DNA of 51,366 nucleotides from Candidatus Zambryskiibacteriota bacterium (GCA_026394775.1 JAPLZY010000008.1:1-51366); one strand, 5' to 3'. Shown: positions 34,095 through 42,184, counted from the stretch's first letter. Numbers and translations: made by a program. The notes: generated by a model not told the origin, from the sequence alone.

Positions 34095-34121
34095 AATCCG
34101 GCGCCTTGGCGCCGGATTTTT
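34095..34121 (+). terminator. GC-rich hairpin/terminator downstream of VR
   Basis: AATCCGGCGCC-tt-GGCGCCGGATT (11-bp perfect stem) followed by TTT. Confidence 0.65.
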
Positions 34122-34278
34122 CTATACAAAAAATTAAGATATACTGAAGGGTGGTTGTAGGTGAATATCGGTACACATTTACGGATGGGTGCCACCGAAT
34201 CCAGTATCCATGCATTGAGAATATTTTAGACTACGGTTTCAAATAGAGTGGTGCATGTAGACACTTCAAAAAATGAAG

Positions 34279-34307
34279 TTACTTGGTATAAAGTGTTACG
34301 GTATTAT
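34279..34307 (+). promoter_or_regulatory. candidate promoter for the TR transcript (TTACTT-N17-TATTAT)
   Basis: Same -10 hexamer and spacing as the secE and rplK promoters. It lies about 65 nt upstream of the TR. Confidence 0.3.
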
Positions 34308-34373
34308 GATACCGAATAAAATACAGTCTCAAAATTTTTCAAGGGACAGTGGTACAGAAAGCACTTTATACAT

Positions 34374-34496
34374 TCCTTCGGAACTCAGACGACAACCGCT
34401 ATGTCCTGTACTTGTACTGGAACGACGGTGCGTGGAACTGGAACGTGAACTGGCTCGACAATGACTGGAACGCCAACAACCCATCTGCTGTTCTCG
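34374..34496 (+). repeat. DGR template repeat (TR)
   Basis: Adenine-rich with AAC codons. It is the invariant partner of the VR. Track ORF 34349..34591 across it is not considered coding. Confidence 0.9.
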
Positions 34497-34523
34497 CAAC
34501 TCGCTTAATTTCTCTCCCAACTT

Positions 34524-34853
34524 TCAGTTCGGAGAGTTTTGTTTTACAAGCTGGCCATACCAGCCACCAAGCTGTTTTCCTGCTTCGGTGAGAGGTTCTG
34601 AAAGTGCAATATATTTTTTCGTATCAAGGGCTTTGATTTCCCAGAGCATATAGAGGAGGAATTTTGCAGTATCGAGTGAGATGATGGCTTTTTTCACAAA
34701 TGGCTGTTTCTCCTGTTTTTCAAGAAAACTTGCAACGAGGATACTTTCAATAGCTTGAATGAAGTATTTATCTATTGTTTGAGCTAAAGTGTAACGGGAA
34801 GTTTTGGGGAATGTGGAGGTATAGCTTTGCCAGAGTATGTAGACACTTTTCAT
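34524..34853 (-). CDS. avd: DGR accessory variability determinant (Avd; four-helix-bundle / 23S-IVS-protein family)
   Basis: SVYILWQSYTSTFPKTSRYTLAQTIDKYFIQAIESIL...LDTAKFLLYMLWEIKALDTKKY..L...L.EAGKQLGGW matches the Avd/IVS four-helix-bundle pattern. ATG at 34853; the track start 34862 is a TTG. Confidence 0.8.
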   Translation of the reverse strand: MKSVYILWQSYTSTFPKTSRYTLAQTIDKYFIQAIESILVASFLEKQEKQPFVKKAIISLDTAKFLLYMLWEIKALDTKKYIALSEPLTEAGKQLGGWYGQLVKQNSPN

Positions 34854-34878
34854 TTTTTCCAATACAGGGAGCAGTTTC

Positions 34879-34887
34879 GGGGGGGGG
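34879..34887. repeat. G9 homopolymer in the avd/RT divergent promoter region
   Basis: Counted directly: the GG at the end of gcagtttcGG followed by GGGGGGG before cat. Confidence 0.9.
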
Positions 34888-34931
34888 CATGTTGTGAGGG
34901 GAATTTTGTGTCATAATTTCACTATTGTATC

Positions 34932-35918
34932 ATGTTGCCTAACAAAATTTCTTTTGAAGAAATAATTTCTGTTGAAAATCTTCTTTCTGCCTGGAAGGAA
35001 TTTTTAGTGGGCAAAAAGAATAGAAAGGATGTGCAAGAATTTCAGTTGCGTATGATGGATAGTGTTTTGTTACTCCATAGCGATCTAAAAAATAAGACAT
35101 ATGTTCATGGAGGCTACCAAGCATTCTCTATTAATGATCCGAAGCCTCGGAATATCCACAAAGCATTTGTAGGAGACCGTCTGTTGCATCATGCTTTGTA
35201 TCGAGTGTTATATCCGTATTTTGATAAGAAATTTATACATGACTCATATTCGTGCAGGGTAAGGAAAGGAACCCACAAAGCACTTGATCGTTTTAATACT
35301 TTTGCGAGAAAAGTGTCAAAAAATAACACACAAACCTGCTGGGTGCTCAAATGTGATGTGAGAAAGTTTTTTGCTTCGATTGACCAGGTTGTATTGCTTG
35401 AGATATTAAGAAAGCATATTGATGATACCGACACTTTGTGGCTACTGGAAAGACTGGTAGAAAGCTTTGACTCAGGAAAACAAGGGGTTGGATTGCCACT
35501 CGGTAATTTAACTTCTCAGCTTCTCGTAAATATTTATATGAATGAGTTTGATCAGTACATGAAGCATATTATTAAAGAAAAGTATTACATTCGATATGCT
35601 GATGATTTTGTTATCTTGAATGCTGACAAAAAGCATCTTGAAAAACTTACTGTATCCATATCTGATTTTTTGAATGAGAAACTAAAGTTGACACTGCATC
35701 CGAATAAAGTGTTTATTAAAACGTTTGCTTCAGGGGTTGATTTTCTAGGGTGGATTCATTTTCCATATCGTCGAATAATACGCACCGTAACGAAAAAGAG
35801 AATGTTTAAAAAACTTTCTGTTCCTGACCCAAAAAAAGAAACTATTGATTCGTATAAAGGTCTGCTCGGGTGGGGAAATGCGTATGAATTGATACAAAAA
35901 ATAGATAAAATATCATAA
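34932..35918 (+). CDS. DGR-type reverse transcriptase
   Basis: RT motifs: NIHKAFVGDRLLHHAL, SYSCRVRKGTH, LKCDVRKFFASID, GLPLGNLTSQLLVNIYMNEFD (the DGR-typical GNLTSQ) and IRYADDFVI (YxDD). Confidence 0.9.
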   Translation: MLPNKISFEEIISVENLLSAWKEFLVGKKNRKDVQEFQLRMMDSVLLLHSDLKNKTYVHGGYQAFSINDPKPRNIHKAFVGDRLLHHALYRVLYPYFDKKFIHDSYSCRVRKGTHKALDRFNTFARKVSKNNTQTCWVLKCDVRKFFASIDQVVLLEILRKHIDDTDTLWLLERLVESFDSGKQGVGLPLGNLTSQLLVNIYMNEFDQYMKHIIKEKYYIRYADDFVILNADKKHLEKLTVSISDFLNEKLKLTLHPNKVFIKTFASGVDFLGWIHFPYRRIIRTVTKKRMFKKLSVPDPKKETIDSYKGLLGWGNAYELIQKIDKIS

Positions 35919-36000
35919 AAATACGACACAAAAACAGGTTAAAAACAAGGGCTTTTGTATTTGAGGGATGCGTGATATATTCACCCTGATTTTGAATCCA

Positions 36001-36048
36001 GCATTCATCCGTAGCTATTCGCAAGATTCGTATAATGTTCGTATTATT
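36001..36048. repeat. TTCGTA-rich element, copy 3 (right half only)
   Basis: GCATTCATCCGTAGCTATTCGCAAGATTCGTATAATGTTCGTATTATT parallels the right arm of copy 1 and abuts ATG 36049. Confidence 0.5.
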
Positions 36049-37320
36049 ATGAAATTCACCCAAAAAAAGCTTAAAACCGGTATCAAAGTGATGCTTGCAC
36101 CTATGAAAGACTCGTTGTCTACTACGGTCTTTGTGATGGTCCATACGGGCTCTAAATACGAAACAAAGGGGAATAATGGTATATCTCATTTTATCGAGCA
36201 TATGTGTTTCAAGGGCACAACCAAGCGTCCGACCGCTATGGATATTTCAAAAGCACTCGATGAGATTGGTTCTCAGTACAATGCATTCACATCTCAAGAA
36301 TTTACTGGCTACTACGCAAAAGCACATCCAAAAAATATTGATATATTGATTGATGTGATTTCTGATATTTATTTAAACTCAACATTTGATGCAAAAGAAT
36401 TGCAGAAAGAAAAAGGAGTGATTATTGAAGAGATCAATATGTATGAAGATATGCCACACAAGCAAGTGCAGGATGTCTTTTCTCTTGCTATGTACGGAGA
36501 CCAGCCTGCAGGGTGGTCTATTTTGGGTACGAAAGAAAATATTAAAAAAATGTCCGCGAAGGATCTGGAGAAATATTGGAAAAGTCACTACGTGGCAAGT
36601 GCTACCACAGTACTCGTAACAGGAAATTTTGATACGCGCACGATTACACAGAAACTCCAAAAAGCATTTGAGGGTATTTCTCGAAGTGCAAAGATGAAAA
36701 AACGACCGGTGGTAGAACCACAAAACCGACCAAAGATCTTGGTTAAACATAAAAAAACAGACCAAGCACATTTTGCTTTGGGAGTACGCTCTTACGCAGG
36801 TAAACACAAACTCGCACCCGCTCTCAAGGTGCTCGACGCTATCTTGGGTGGGGGTATGAGCTCTCGGCTTTTTCAGAAACTTCGTGAGGAGATGGGGGTG
36901 GGGTATTACCTACGTACTATGATCGATGAATACACAGACCATGGGTATTTTTCTGTTTCTTTGGGTGTTGATAAGGATCGAGCGGTGGAAGTAACAAAAG
37001 CTATTATTCACGAATGTGAACTTTTGAAATCAGAAAAAGTAGGAGCATCTGAGCTCAACAAAGCAAAAGAATATTTGATTGGAAACACTATACTTTCTCT
37101 GGAGTCTTCAGATGCTATGGCAGAGTATTTTGCGATTCAAGACATTACTGGAGAGGAGATCACGACACCTGAAGGTTTGATTAAAAAGATCAGAAAGGTA
37201 ACTGCAGAAGATGTACAAAAGGCTGCTCGAGAAATATTTGTAAATGACCGACTGGTTTTGAGTGCAGTAGGGCCGATGAAAGAGAGTTTGGCACTTAAAA
37301 AAGCTTTGCGGTTTGGCTAG
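36049..37320 (+). CDS. M16 family zinc peptidase (second copy)
   Basis: GISHFIEHMCFKGT carries the HxxEH motif. ATG 36049 is preferred because track start 35968 would read through the repeat element. Confidence 0.85.
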   Translation: MKFTQKKLKTGIKVMLAPMKDSLSTTVFVMVHTGSKYETKGNNGISHFIEHMCFKGTTKRPTAMDISKALDEIGSQYNAFTSQEFTGYYAKAHPKNIDILIDVISDIYLNSTFDAKELQKEKGVIIEEINMYEDMPHKQVQDVFSLAMYGDQPAGWSILGTKENIKKMSAKDLEKYWKSHYVASATTVLVTGNFDTRTITQKLQKAFEGISRSAKMKKRPVVEPQNRPKILVKHKKTDQAHFALGVRSYAGKHKLAPALKVLDAILGGGMSSRLFQKLREEMGVGYYLRTMIDEYTDHGYFSVSLGVDKDRAVEVTKAIIHECELLKSEKVGASELNKAKEYLIGNTILSLESSDAMAEYFAIQDITGEEITTPEGLIKKIRKVTAEDVQKAAREIFVNDRLVLSAVGPMKESLALKKALRFG

Positions 37321-37377
37321 ATTTGAGACGTGGTTTTGTTTTTGGATTCACGCTACTCTTCATGGTACTATACACGT

Positions 37378-38460
37378 ATGGAGCAAACATCTCATACAAT
37401 ACATATTGGGGCAGGTACAATCATTAAAACCATATTAGTGGTTTGTCTTTTTTATATCCTCTATATCCTTAAAGACTTGGTATTGGTGGTGCTCATGTCT
37501 ATCGTTATCGCATCGTCTATAGAGCCTATGACAAAGTGGTTTGTTGACCACAAAATCCCACGACTTCTTGGAGTGATTTTTATCTATCTCACTCTTGCCT
37601 CTATACTCGCATTTTCTGTTTTTTACCTTCTCCTCCCGCTTCTTTCTGAGTCGACAAGTGTGCTTAAGACTTTACCTTCATATCTCACATCGCACAATGT
37701 AGAAGCAACACTTTCTTCGAGTGGTTTTCTTGGCGAACAATCTTCTTTATTAAACGGAATTGAAAATACGATCAATGTGCAGGAAGTGGTGGCAAGTTTA
37801 AATGCGGTGATTGACGGTTTTTCAACAGGAGCATTTAATACGATAGCTTATGTTTTTGGTGGAGTACTTTCTTTTGTGCTCATGGTTGTACTCTCTTTTT
37901 ATCTGTCTGTTGATGAAAACGGAGTAGGGAAGTTTTTGCGGATCATCACCCCACTTAAACATGAAAAATACGTACTTGATTTGTGGAGACGAGCGCAAAG
38001 TAAGATTGGTCTATGGATGCAGGGACAACTTATTCTTGCGATCATTATCGCAATGCTTGTGTATCTAGGACTGACACTTCTCAATGTACCCAACGCTTTA
38101 CTTCTTGCATTTTTGGCAGGACTTTTTGAGATTATTCCTCTCTTTGGACCGATTCTTGCGGCTATTCCTGCAGTTATGATAGCTTTTGTATCATCGGGAG
38201 GTATTTCACTGGCTGTTGTGGTGATCGGTCTTTACGTTATTATTCACCAGTTTGAAAACCATCTGATCTACCCACTTGTGGTAAAAAAGGTCACTGGAGT
38301 TTCACCTATTGTCTCTATCGTCGCCCTGGTTGCAGGTTGGGAGCTTGCTGGTTTCCTTGGTCTTATCATCGCTGTACCTTTTGCGGCTGTGTGTATGGAA
38401 TTTTTTGATGATGTAGAGCGAAACAAGATCGCACAAATTGAGGCGAATAAAAGTAACTAA
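37378..38460 (+). CDS. AI-2E family transporter (second copy)
   Basis: Polytopic membrane protein with the same C-terminal conserved region (IIPLFGPILAAIP...FENHLIYP) as 10783..11805. ATG 37378 is preferred over GTG 37330. Confidence 0.8.
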   Translation: MEQTSHTIHIGAGTIIKTILVVCLFYILYILKDLVLVVLMSIVIASSIEPMTKWFVDHKIPRLLGVIFIYLTLASILAFSVFYLLLPLLSESTSVLKTLPSYLTSHNVEATLSSSGFLGEQSSLLNGIENTINVQEVVASLNAVIDGFSTGAFNTIAYVFGGVLSFVLMVVLSFYLSVDENGVGKFLRIITPLKHEKYVLDLWRRAQSKIGLWMQGQLILAIIIAMLVYLGLTLLNVPNALLLAFLAGLFEIIPLFGPILAAIPAVMIAFVSSGGISLAVVVIGLYVIIHQFENHLIYPLVVKKVTGVSPIVSIVALVAGWELAGFLGLIIAVPFAAVCMEFFDDVERNKIAQIEANKSN

Positions 38461-38466
38461 CTGTAT

Positions 38467-39894
38467 ATGTCAAAGACTTTTTATATTACGACCCCTATAT
38501 TTTACCCCAATGCAAAACTGCATATGGGACATGCTTATACTGTCACGTTATGTGACATTATTTGTCGCGCGCAAAAAATCCAAGGTAAAGAAGGATATTT
38601 GTTGACTGGTGCAGATGAAAATACGGGGAAGATTCTTAAAGTTGTTGAGGAGCAAGGTCAGAGTGTTGAAGAGTATCTCAGCCAGGTTACCGAGAATTTT
38701 AAAGATCTCTATAGTAAGCTCGGGATTTCATATAATCAGTTTATTAAAACATCTGACAAAGAAAAGCATTGGCCTGGTGCGCAAGCCCTGTGGAAAAAAC
38801 TAGTTGATGCAGGCGACATTTACAAAGCGTCGTATACTGGTCTGTACTGTGTAGGTTGTGAGACTTTCTATACAGAAAAAGATTTAGCCGATGGTAAATG
38901 CCCAGTGCACCTGACTGCGCCAGAACAAATAAAAGAAGAAAACTATTTTTTTAGACTTTCAAAATACACGCAAGTCATTAAAGAAAAGATAGAGTCAGAT
39001 GAGCTTCTGGTTCTTCCTCAGACCCGAAAAAATGAAATACTCGCATTACTTGAAAGAGGGCTCGAAGATATAAGTTTTTCTCGACCTGTTAAAAATGTGC
39101 CTCACGGAATACCTGTTCCTGGTGATAACTCCCAGGTTATTTATGTGTGGTGCGATGCATTAGTGAATTATATTTCTGCGCTTGGGTATGGGCGTGATGA
39201 TGAATTATTTCAAAAATTTTGGCCCGCGGATGTGCATGTGGTGGGGAAAGATATTTTGCGTTTCCATGCTGCTATTTGGCCCGCAATGCTTCTTTCGGCA
39301 GGTATTTCGCTCCCAAAAAGTTTGTTAGTTCATGGCCTCATCACTTCAGGTGGACATAAAATGTCAAAGAGCTTGGGTAATGTAATTGATCCGTACGAAC
39401 TCATAGAAGAATATGGCTATGAAGCTGTACGATATTACTTGGCTCGAGAAGTGAGTCCGTTTGAAGATGGAGACATGACCACGGAACGTTTCAAAGAAAG
39501 TTACAATGCAAATCTTGCAAATGGTATAGGAAACCTAACTTCTCGTATTATGAAAATGGCTCAAGATAATCTTGATGCACCTATTGTTATTACAGAAGAA
39601 AAGAATATGTCAGAATATTTTGCTTTGTATGATACATATGAAATTAGTAAAGCAGGGGATTACGTGTGGAATGAAATAAAATTTCTGGATCAGTATATTC
39701 AGGAACACCAGCCGTTTAAACTTATTAAGACAGATAAAGAAGCAGGACAGAAGATGATTTCTGATTTAGTAGCGCGACTACACAGAGTCGCTTTGATGCT
39801 CGCACCAATTCTACCTGAAACCTCAGAAAAAATTAAAACCCTCATTAAAGAAAACAAGGTTCCAGAGACACAGCTTTTTGTGCGTAAGGATTAG
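38467..39894 (+). CDS. metG: methionyl-tRNA synthetase (short form)
   Basis: ITTPIFYPNAKLHMGHAYT (HIGH motif), a CxxC zinc knuckle and KMSKSLGN. Confidence 0.95.
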   Translation: MSKTFYITTPIFYPNAKLHMGHAYTVTLCDIICRAQKIQGKEGYLLTGADENTGKILKVVEEQGQSVEEYLSQVTENFKDLYSKLGISYNQFIKTSDKEKHWPGAQALWKKLVDAGDIYKASYTGLYCVGCETFYTEKDLADGKCPVHLTAPEQIKEENYFFRLSKYTQVIKEKIESDELLVLPQTRKNEILALLERGLEDISFSRPVKNVPHGIPVPGDNSQVIYVWCDALVNYISALGYGRDDELFQKFWPADVHVVGKDILRFHAAIWPAMLLSAGISLPKSLLVHGLITSGGHKMSKSLGNVIDPYELIEEYGYEAVRYYLAREVSPFEDGDMTTERFKESYNANLANGIGNLTSRIMKMAQDNLDAPIVITEEKNMSEYFALYDTYEISKAGDYVWNEIKFLDQYIQEHQPFKLIKTDKEAGQKMISDLVARLHRVALMLAPILPETSEKIKTLIKENKVPETQLFVRKD

Positions 39895-39937
39895 CATTAT
39901 TCGTATTTATTCGTAAGTATTTAATTCGTATATTCGT
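39895..39937. repeat. TTCGTA-rich element, copy 4 (right half only)
   Basis: CATTATTCGTATTTATTCGTAAGTATTTAATTCGTATATTCGT fills the whole metG-tatD gap and abuts ATG 39938. Confidence 0.5.
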
Positions 39938-40738
39938 ATGTTTAACTATATCGACATACACTCCCACCTTTATTTCAAAGATTTTGATTTTGATAGAGAA
40001 GAGGTGATTGCCCGCATGAAAAATGCGGATATTGCTACGATTTCTATTGGTACGTGTCTTCAGACTTCGAGACAATCGGTGGGTTTGGCACACATCCATT
40101 CTAATATTTTTGCTTGTGTAGGAATGCACCCTGGTGATGTGGTGGATGCGGTTGTGCCACCGGAAATTGATGAACTAGCTCTTGATCCTAAGGTAGTCGC
40201 TATTGGTGAATGTGGTTTTGATTATTTCAGAATCGGAGAAAATGGAGAGGAGATTAAAAAATCTCAGAAAAAAGTTTTTGAGCATCAAATAGAACTAGCG
40301 CTGAAAGTAGAGAAGCCACTTATGCTGCATTGTCGCTCAAGTAAGGGAAGTCAGGATGCATATCACGATACACTTGAAATATTGGAAAGTTACTATAAAG
40401 AACAAGGAGGTAATTTGCGTGGCAATGCACATTTTTTTGCAGGGGATATAGGTGTGCTAAAAAGATTTTTAGATATTGGATTTACTGTCTCTTTTACCGG
40501 GGTTATCACTTTTACCCACGACTACGACGATGCGGTCAGATATGCCCCCCTTGAGTCGCTTCATGCTGAGACTGACGCCCCGTTTGTCGCTCCTGTGCCC
40601 CACAGAGGTGGCCGAAACAGCCCTGAATACGTCCCTCATGTGGTTTCTGCACTAGCCCGAATCAAAGAAGAAGATGAGGAAATAGTCAAAAAGACCCTTA
40701 TTTCTAACGCCAGAAGGCTTTTTGCGCTCCCTTTGTAG
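39938..40738 (+). CDS. tatD: TatD-family metal-dependent hydrolase
   Basis: IDIHSHL at the N-terminus, GECGFDY, LMLHCR and ETDAPF match the TatD motifs. Confidence 0.9.
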   Translation: MFNYIDIHSHLYFKDFDFDREEVIARMKNADIATISIGTCLQTSRQSVGLAHIHSNIFACVGMHPGDVVDAVVPPEIDELALDPKVVAIGECGFDYFRIGENGEEIKKSQKKVFEHQIELALKVEKPLMLHCRSSKGSQDAYHDTLEILESYYKEQGGNLRGNAHFFAGDIGVLKRFLDIGFTVSFTGVITFTHDYDDAVRYAPLESLHAETDAPFVAPVPHRGGRNSPEYVPHVVSALARIKEEDEEIVKKTLISNARRLFALPL

Positions 40739-40777
40739 ACCTTGCTTTTCTGAAAGAGGTGTGATAATCTTTGACTC

Positions 40778-41278
40778 ATGGAAAAAGAGAACGCAACACC
40801 CCTAAAAATAGCAAGCAAAACCGATACATCAAAGATCTATGAGCTCGGTTATATTTTGGTATCATCACTCCCAGATGAAAAGATTGTCGATGAAGTAAGT
40901 GTGCTCAAAGACCTTCTTTCAGCAAACGGTGGAGATATTATCTCAAGCGAAGACCCTATTTTGATTGACCTCGCATACCCAATGCTTAAAGTAGTATCCG
41001 CACAAAGACAGAAATATTCTCGAGGATACTTTGGATGGGTTAAGTTTGAAGGGGAGCCAGACTCATTGACTGCAATCAAAAAAGTTCTTGATCTTTCACA
41101 CACAATGCTCCGATATATGATAGTAAAGACAGTTCGAGAAAACACTCTCTTAAACGGTAAAATGGTCCTTCGCCAGGAAGAAAGAGAAGAAGTTGCTCTC
41201 GAAGATGCTGGTGAAGAAGCACCAATTGAATCTGGAGAAGTTCTTGATAAGACCATCGATGATCTTGTAATCGCATAA
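40778..41278 (+). CDS. rpsF: 30S ribosomal protein S6 with acidic C-terminal extension
   Basis: YELGYIL... is an S6-like N-terminus, with GYFGWVKFEG. Conserved rpsF-ssb-rpsR order. Confidence 0.85.
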   Translation: MEKENATPLKIASKTDTSKIYELGYILVSSLPDEKIVDEVSVLKDLLSANGGDIISSEDPILIDLAYPMLKVVSAQRQKYSRGYFGWVKFEGEPDSLTAIKKVLDLSHTMLRYMIVKTVRENTLLNGKMVLRQEEREEVALEDAGEEAPIESGEVLDKTIDDLVIA

Positions 41279-41281
41279 TCT

Positions 41282-41734
41282 ATGTATCTAAACCAAGCAA
41301 TCGTCATAGGTAACCTCACTCGTGATCCAGAGTTTAAGGCATTGCCGTCTGGTATTACAGTGACCAGTTTCTCTGTAGCGACAAACCGAGTATGGAAAGA
41401 TAAAAATGGTGCAAAGCAAGAGAGTGCCGACTATCACAACATTGTATTGTTTGGACGTCAGGCGGAGATTGCAAACCAGTATTTGAAAAAAGGAGCTTCA
41501 GTGTTGATAGAAGGAAGAATGCAGACACGAAGTTGGGACGATGCTGGAGGTAAGAAAAACTACCGAACAGAAATCATCGCCGATCGAATGCAGTTTGGTC
41601 CACGGACTGGAGGAGCACCAATGCCACAGTCAGGTCCCTCAGCCTCGCAGGCAGCACCAGAGCAGGGTTCAAAGGCTCTTGATACGATAGAGTATCCGGA
41701 AGAAGAAATTAACCCTGAAGACATCCCATTTTAG
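41282..41734 (+). CDS. ssb: single-stranded DNA-binding protein
   Basis: NQAIVIGNLTRDPE OB-fold start, and an acidic tail ending DIPF. Confidence 0.95.
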   Translation: MYLNQAIVIGNLTRDPEFKALPSGITVTSFSVATNRVWKDKNGAKQESADYHNIVLFGRQAEIANQYLKKGASVLIEGRMQTRSWDDAGGKKNYRTEIIADRMQFGPRTGGAPMPQSGPSASQAAPEQGSKALDTIEYPEEEINPEDIPF

Positions 41735-41737
41735 TTA

Positions 41738-41847
41738 AACATACGAATATGCGAATGTACGAATGATGCAAATGGTTACGAATAAAAAACCAAAGACATT
41801 CATTCGGAGACATTCGTAGATTCGGATTATTAGTTAATTCGTATATT
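41738..41847. repeat. TACGAA/TTCGTA-rich palindromic intercistronic element, copy 5 (full length)
   Basis: AACATACGAATATGCGAATGTACGAATGATGCAAATGGTTACGAAT ... ATTCGTAGATTCGGATTATTAGTTAATTCGTATATT. Closest relative of copy 1. Fills the ssb-rpsR gap. Confidence 0.7.
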
Positions 41848-41853
41848 TATTTC

Positions 41854-42051
41854 ATGAAGTGTTACTTTACTCAAAACAACATAGTGCATATTGACTACAA
41901 AGATGTAGATTTGCTCAAGAAATTCCTCAACCCGCATGCGCGAATGATTTCACGTAAGCGAACAGGTACCACTGCAAAAAACCAGCGAAACCTTGCCGAG
42001 GCTATAAAGCGGGCGAGAGTGATGGGACTACTTCCTTTCGTTTCTAGATAA
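41854..42051 (+). CDS. rpsR: 30S ribosomal protein S18
   Basis: [43 protein letters not shown] is the canonical S18 sequence pattern. Confidence 0.95.
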   Translation: MKCYFTQNNIVHIDYKDVDLLKKFLNPHARMISRKRTGTTAKNQRNLAEAIKRARVMGLLPFVSR

Positions 42052-42184
42052 AAGAACTTTGGTCTTTTTCACCAATCTCATCGGCTAAAATCTGAAAATG
42101 GTCCTCAACATACGACATGTATGTCTCCGGTCCCTTCCCAGATTTTATCCGCGACCTCGGTAAAAAATCCCCAAAGCTCTAATT

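Larger units (their letters stand above)
33403..35918 (+). mobile_element. diversity-generating retroelement (target gene with VR, TR, avd, RT)
   Basis: VR/TR repeat pair with adenine-specific mismatches, plus an Avd-like four-helix-bundle gene and a DGR-type reverse transcriptase. See the component features. Confidence 0.9.

Noticed and set aside
33848-34195. 115-aa minus-strand Arg/Gly-rich ORF over the VR
   Set aside because: It is an artefact of the GC-rich variable region and hairpin. It lies antisense to the DGR target gene.
34349-34591. 80-aa track ORF spanning the template repeat (MVQKALYTFLRNSDDNRYVLYLYWNDGAWNWN...)
   Set aside because: It looks protein-like only because it copies the variable-region reading frame. 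It is the non-coding DGR template repeat, and the ORF continues into sequence antisense to avd.
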